A stretch of 64,000 nucleotides of DNA from Eledone cirrhosa (lineage: Eukaryota): NCBI GenBank assembly GCA_964016885.1, contig OZ024750.1, positions 30,318,001 through 30,382,000 on the forward strand, in the 5' to 3' direction. Shown in pieces: positions 62,001 to 64,000 of the stretch. Each line of letters starts with the position of its first letter. The first letter of the stretch is position 1. The notes beneath the pieces are model-generated. The model was not told the origin of the DNA and made no database searches. It saw only the letters and a list, made by a program, of their open reading frames with translations. The position numbers and the translations under genes are program-made.

Positions 62001-64000
62001 CCTAACATCTAACAGAGGAAAGCTGCCTGTCCTTCCTAACAACTAACAGAGGAAAGCTGCCTGTCCTTCCTAACATCTAACAGATGAAAGCTGCCTGTCC
62101 TTCCTAACATCTAACAGAGGAAAGCTGCCTGTCCTTCCTAACAACTAACAGAGGAAAGCTGCCTGTCCTTCCTAACATCTAACAGATGAAAGCTGCCTGT
62201 CCTTCCTAACATCTAACAGAGGAAAGCTGCCTGTCCTTCTTAACATCTGACAGATGAAAGCTGCCTTCCTTCCTAACATCTGACAGAGGAAAGCTGTTTG
62301 TCCTTCCTAACATCTAACAGAGAAAAGCTGCCTGTCCTTCCTAACAGAGGAAAGCTGCCTGTCCTTCCTAACATCTAACAGATGAAAGCTGCCTGTCCTT
62401 CCTAACATCTAACAGAGGAAAGCTGCTAGTCCTTCCTAACATCTAACAGAGGAAAGCTGCTTGTCCTTCCTAACATCTAACAGAGGAAAGCTGCCTGTCC
62501 TTCCTAACACCTGACAGATGAAAGCTGCCTGTCCTTCCTAACATCTAACAGAGGAAAGCTGCTCGTCCTTCCTAACATCTAACAGAGGAAAGCTGCCTGT
62601 CCTTCCTAACATCTAACAGAGGAAAGCTGCTCGTCCTTCCTAACATCTAACAGAGGAAAGCTGCCTGTCCTTCCTAACATCTAACAGAGGAAAGCTGCTA
62701 GTCCTTCCTAACATCTAACAGAGGAAAGCTGCTTGTCCTTCCTAACATCTAACAGAGGAAAGCTGCCTGTCCTTCCTAACATCTAACAGAGGAAAGCTGC
62801 TAGTCCTTCCTAACATCTGACAGAGGAAAGCTGCCTGTCCTTCCTAACACCTGACAGATGAAAGCTGCCTGTCCTTCCTAACATCTGACAGAGGAAAGCT
62901 GCCTGTCCTTCCTAACACCTGACAGAAGAAAGCTGCCTATCCTTCCTAACAACTGACAGAAGAAAGCTGCCTATCCTTCCTAACAACTGACAGAAGAAAG
63001 CTGCCTATCCTTCCTAACACCTGACAGAGGAAAGCTGCCTGTCCTTCCTAACACCTGACAGAAGAAAGCTGCCTATCCTTCCTAACATCTAACAGATGAA
63101 AGCTGCCTGTCCTTCCTAACACCTGACAGAAGAAAGCTGCCTATCCTTCCTAACATCTAACAGATGAAAGCTGCCTGTCCTTCCTAACAACTGACAGAAG
63201 AAAGCTGCCTATCCTTCCTAACATCTAACAGAAGAAAGCTGCCTATCCTTCCTAACAACTGACAGAAGAAAGCTGCCTGTCCTTCCTAACAACTGACAGA
63301 TGAAAGCTGCCTATCCTTCCTAACACCTGACAGAAGAAAGCTGCCTGTCCTTCCTAACACCTGACAGAAGAAAGCTGCCTGTCCTTCCTAACATCTAACA
63401 GATGAAAGCTGCCTGTCCTTCCTAACACCTGACAGAAGAAAGCTGCCTATCCTTCCTAACATCTAACAGATGAAAGCTGCCTGTCCTTCCTAACACCTGA
63501 CAGAAGAAAGCTGCCTATCCTTCCTAACAACTGACAGATGAAAGCTGCCTGTCCTTCCTAACATCTAACAGAGGAAAGCTGCCTGTCCTTCCTAACACCT
63601 GACAGAAGAAAGCTGCCTGTCCTTCCTAACATCTAACAGATGAAAGCTGCCTGTCCTTCCTAACACCTGACAGAAGAAAGCTGCCTATCCTTCCTAACAC
63701 CTGACAGAAGAAAGCTGCCTGTCCTTCCTAACATCTAACAGAGGAAAGCTGCCTGTCCTTCCTAACATCTAACAGAGGAAAGCTGCCTGTCCTTCCTAAC
63801 ACCTGACAGAAGAAAGCTGCCTATCCTTCCTAACACCTGACAGAAGAAAGCTGCCTATCCTTCCTAACAACTGACAGATGAAAGCTGCCTGTCCTTCCTA
63901 ACATCTAACAGAGGAAAGCTGCCTGTCCTTCCTAACACCTGACAGAAGAAAGCTGCCTATCCTTCCTAACACCTGACAGAAGAAAGCTGCCTGTCCTTCC
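59036..64000. repeat. 34-bp satellite array, ~146 copies, runs off the window end
   Basis: Unit gacagaggaaagctgcctgtccttcctaacacct; period read directly (59041, 59075). Confidence 0.98.

Noticed and set aside
59036-64000. CRISPR array or tandem hammerheads (ctgacagatgaaagc)
   Set aside because: No unique spacers and no cas genes; CUGACAGA-UGAAA has the wrong core spacing and no stem II.

Overview
AT-rich, repeat-saturated eukaryotic DNA with no intact protein-coding gene that I can recognise. The repeat inventory (tRNA-head SINEs with an RTE-type (ATG)n tail, RTE and CR1 LINE fragments, TTAA-flanked MITEs, very dense micro- and minisatellites) suggests an intron or intergenic stretch of an invertebrate, most plausibly an octopus-like cephalopod; this is inference only. 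Almost all ORFs in the supplied track are microsatellite artefacts. The real coding remnants are all transposon-derived: CR1-like RT (16.2-17.0 kb), Penelope GIY-YIG C-terminus (21.3-21.5 kb), RTE endonuclease (22.0-23.3 kb), a CRE/R2-type restriction-like endonuclease tail (32.2-32.4 kb), RTE RT with a PHD finger (48.2-49.7 kb), and a decayed 23-residue-repeat ORF beside a Helitron (27.7-27.9 kb). The most interesting signal is RNA-structural. Three complete type I hammerhead ribozyme folds (5743-5808 minus, 6075-6149 plus, 8525-8579 minus) lie inside or beside long fold-back inverted repeats, and a fourth, degenerate one lies downstream of the Penelope endonuclease fragment. Together they point to several sequence-distinct, ribozyme-bearing non-autonomous Penelope-like/retrozyme elements. 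Other notable patterns: one SINE family is repeatedly nested in one MITE family in a fixed orientation; several minisatellites were born from transposon pieces; and a >4.9 kb 34-bp satellite has a 1620-bp higher-order duplication.
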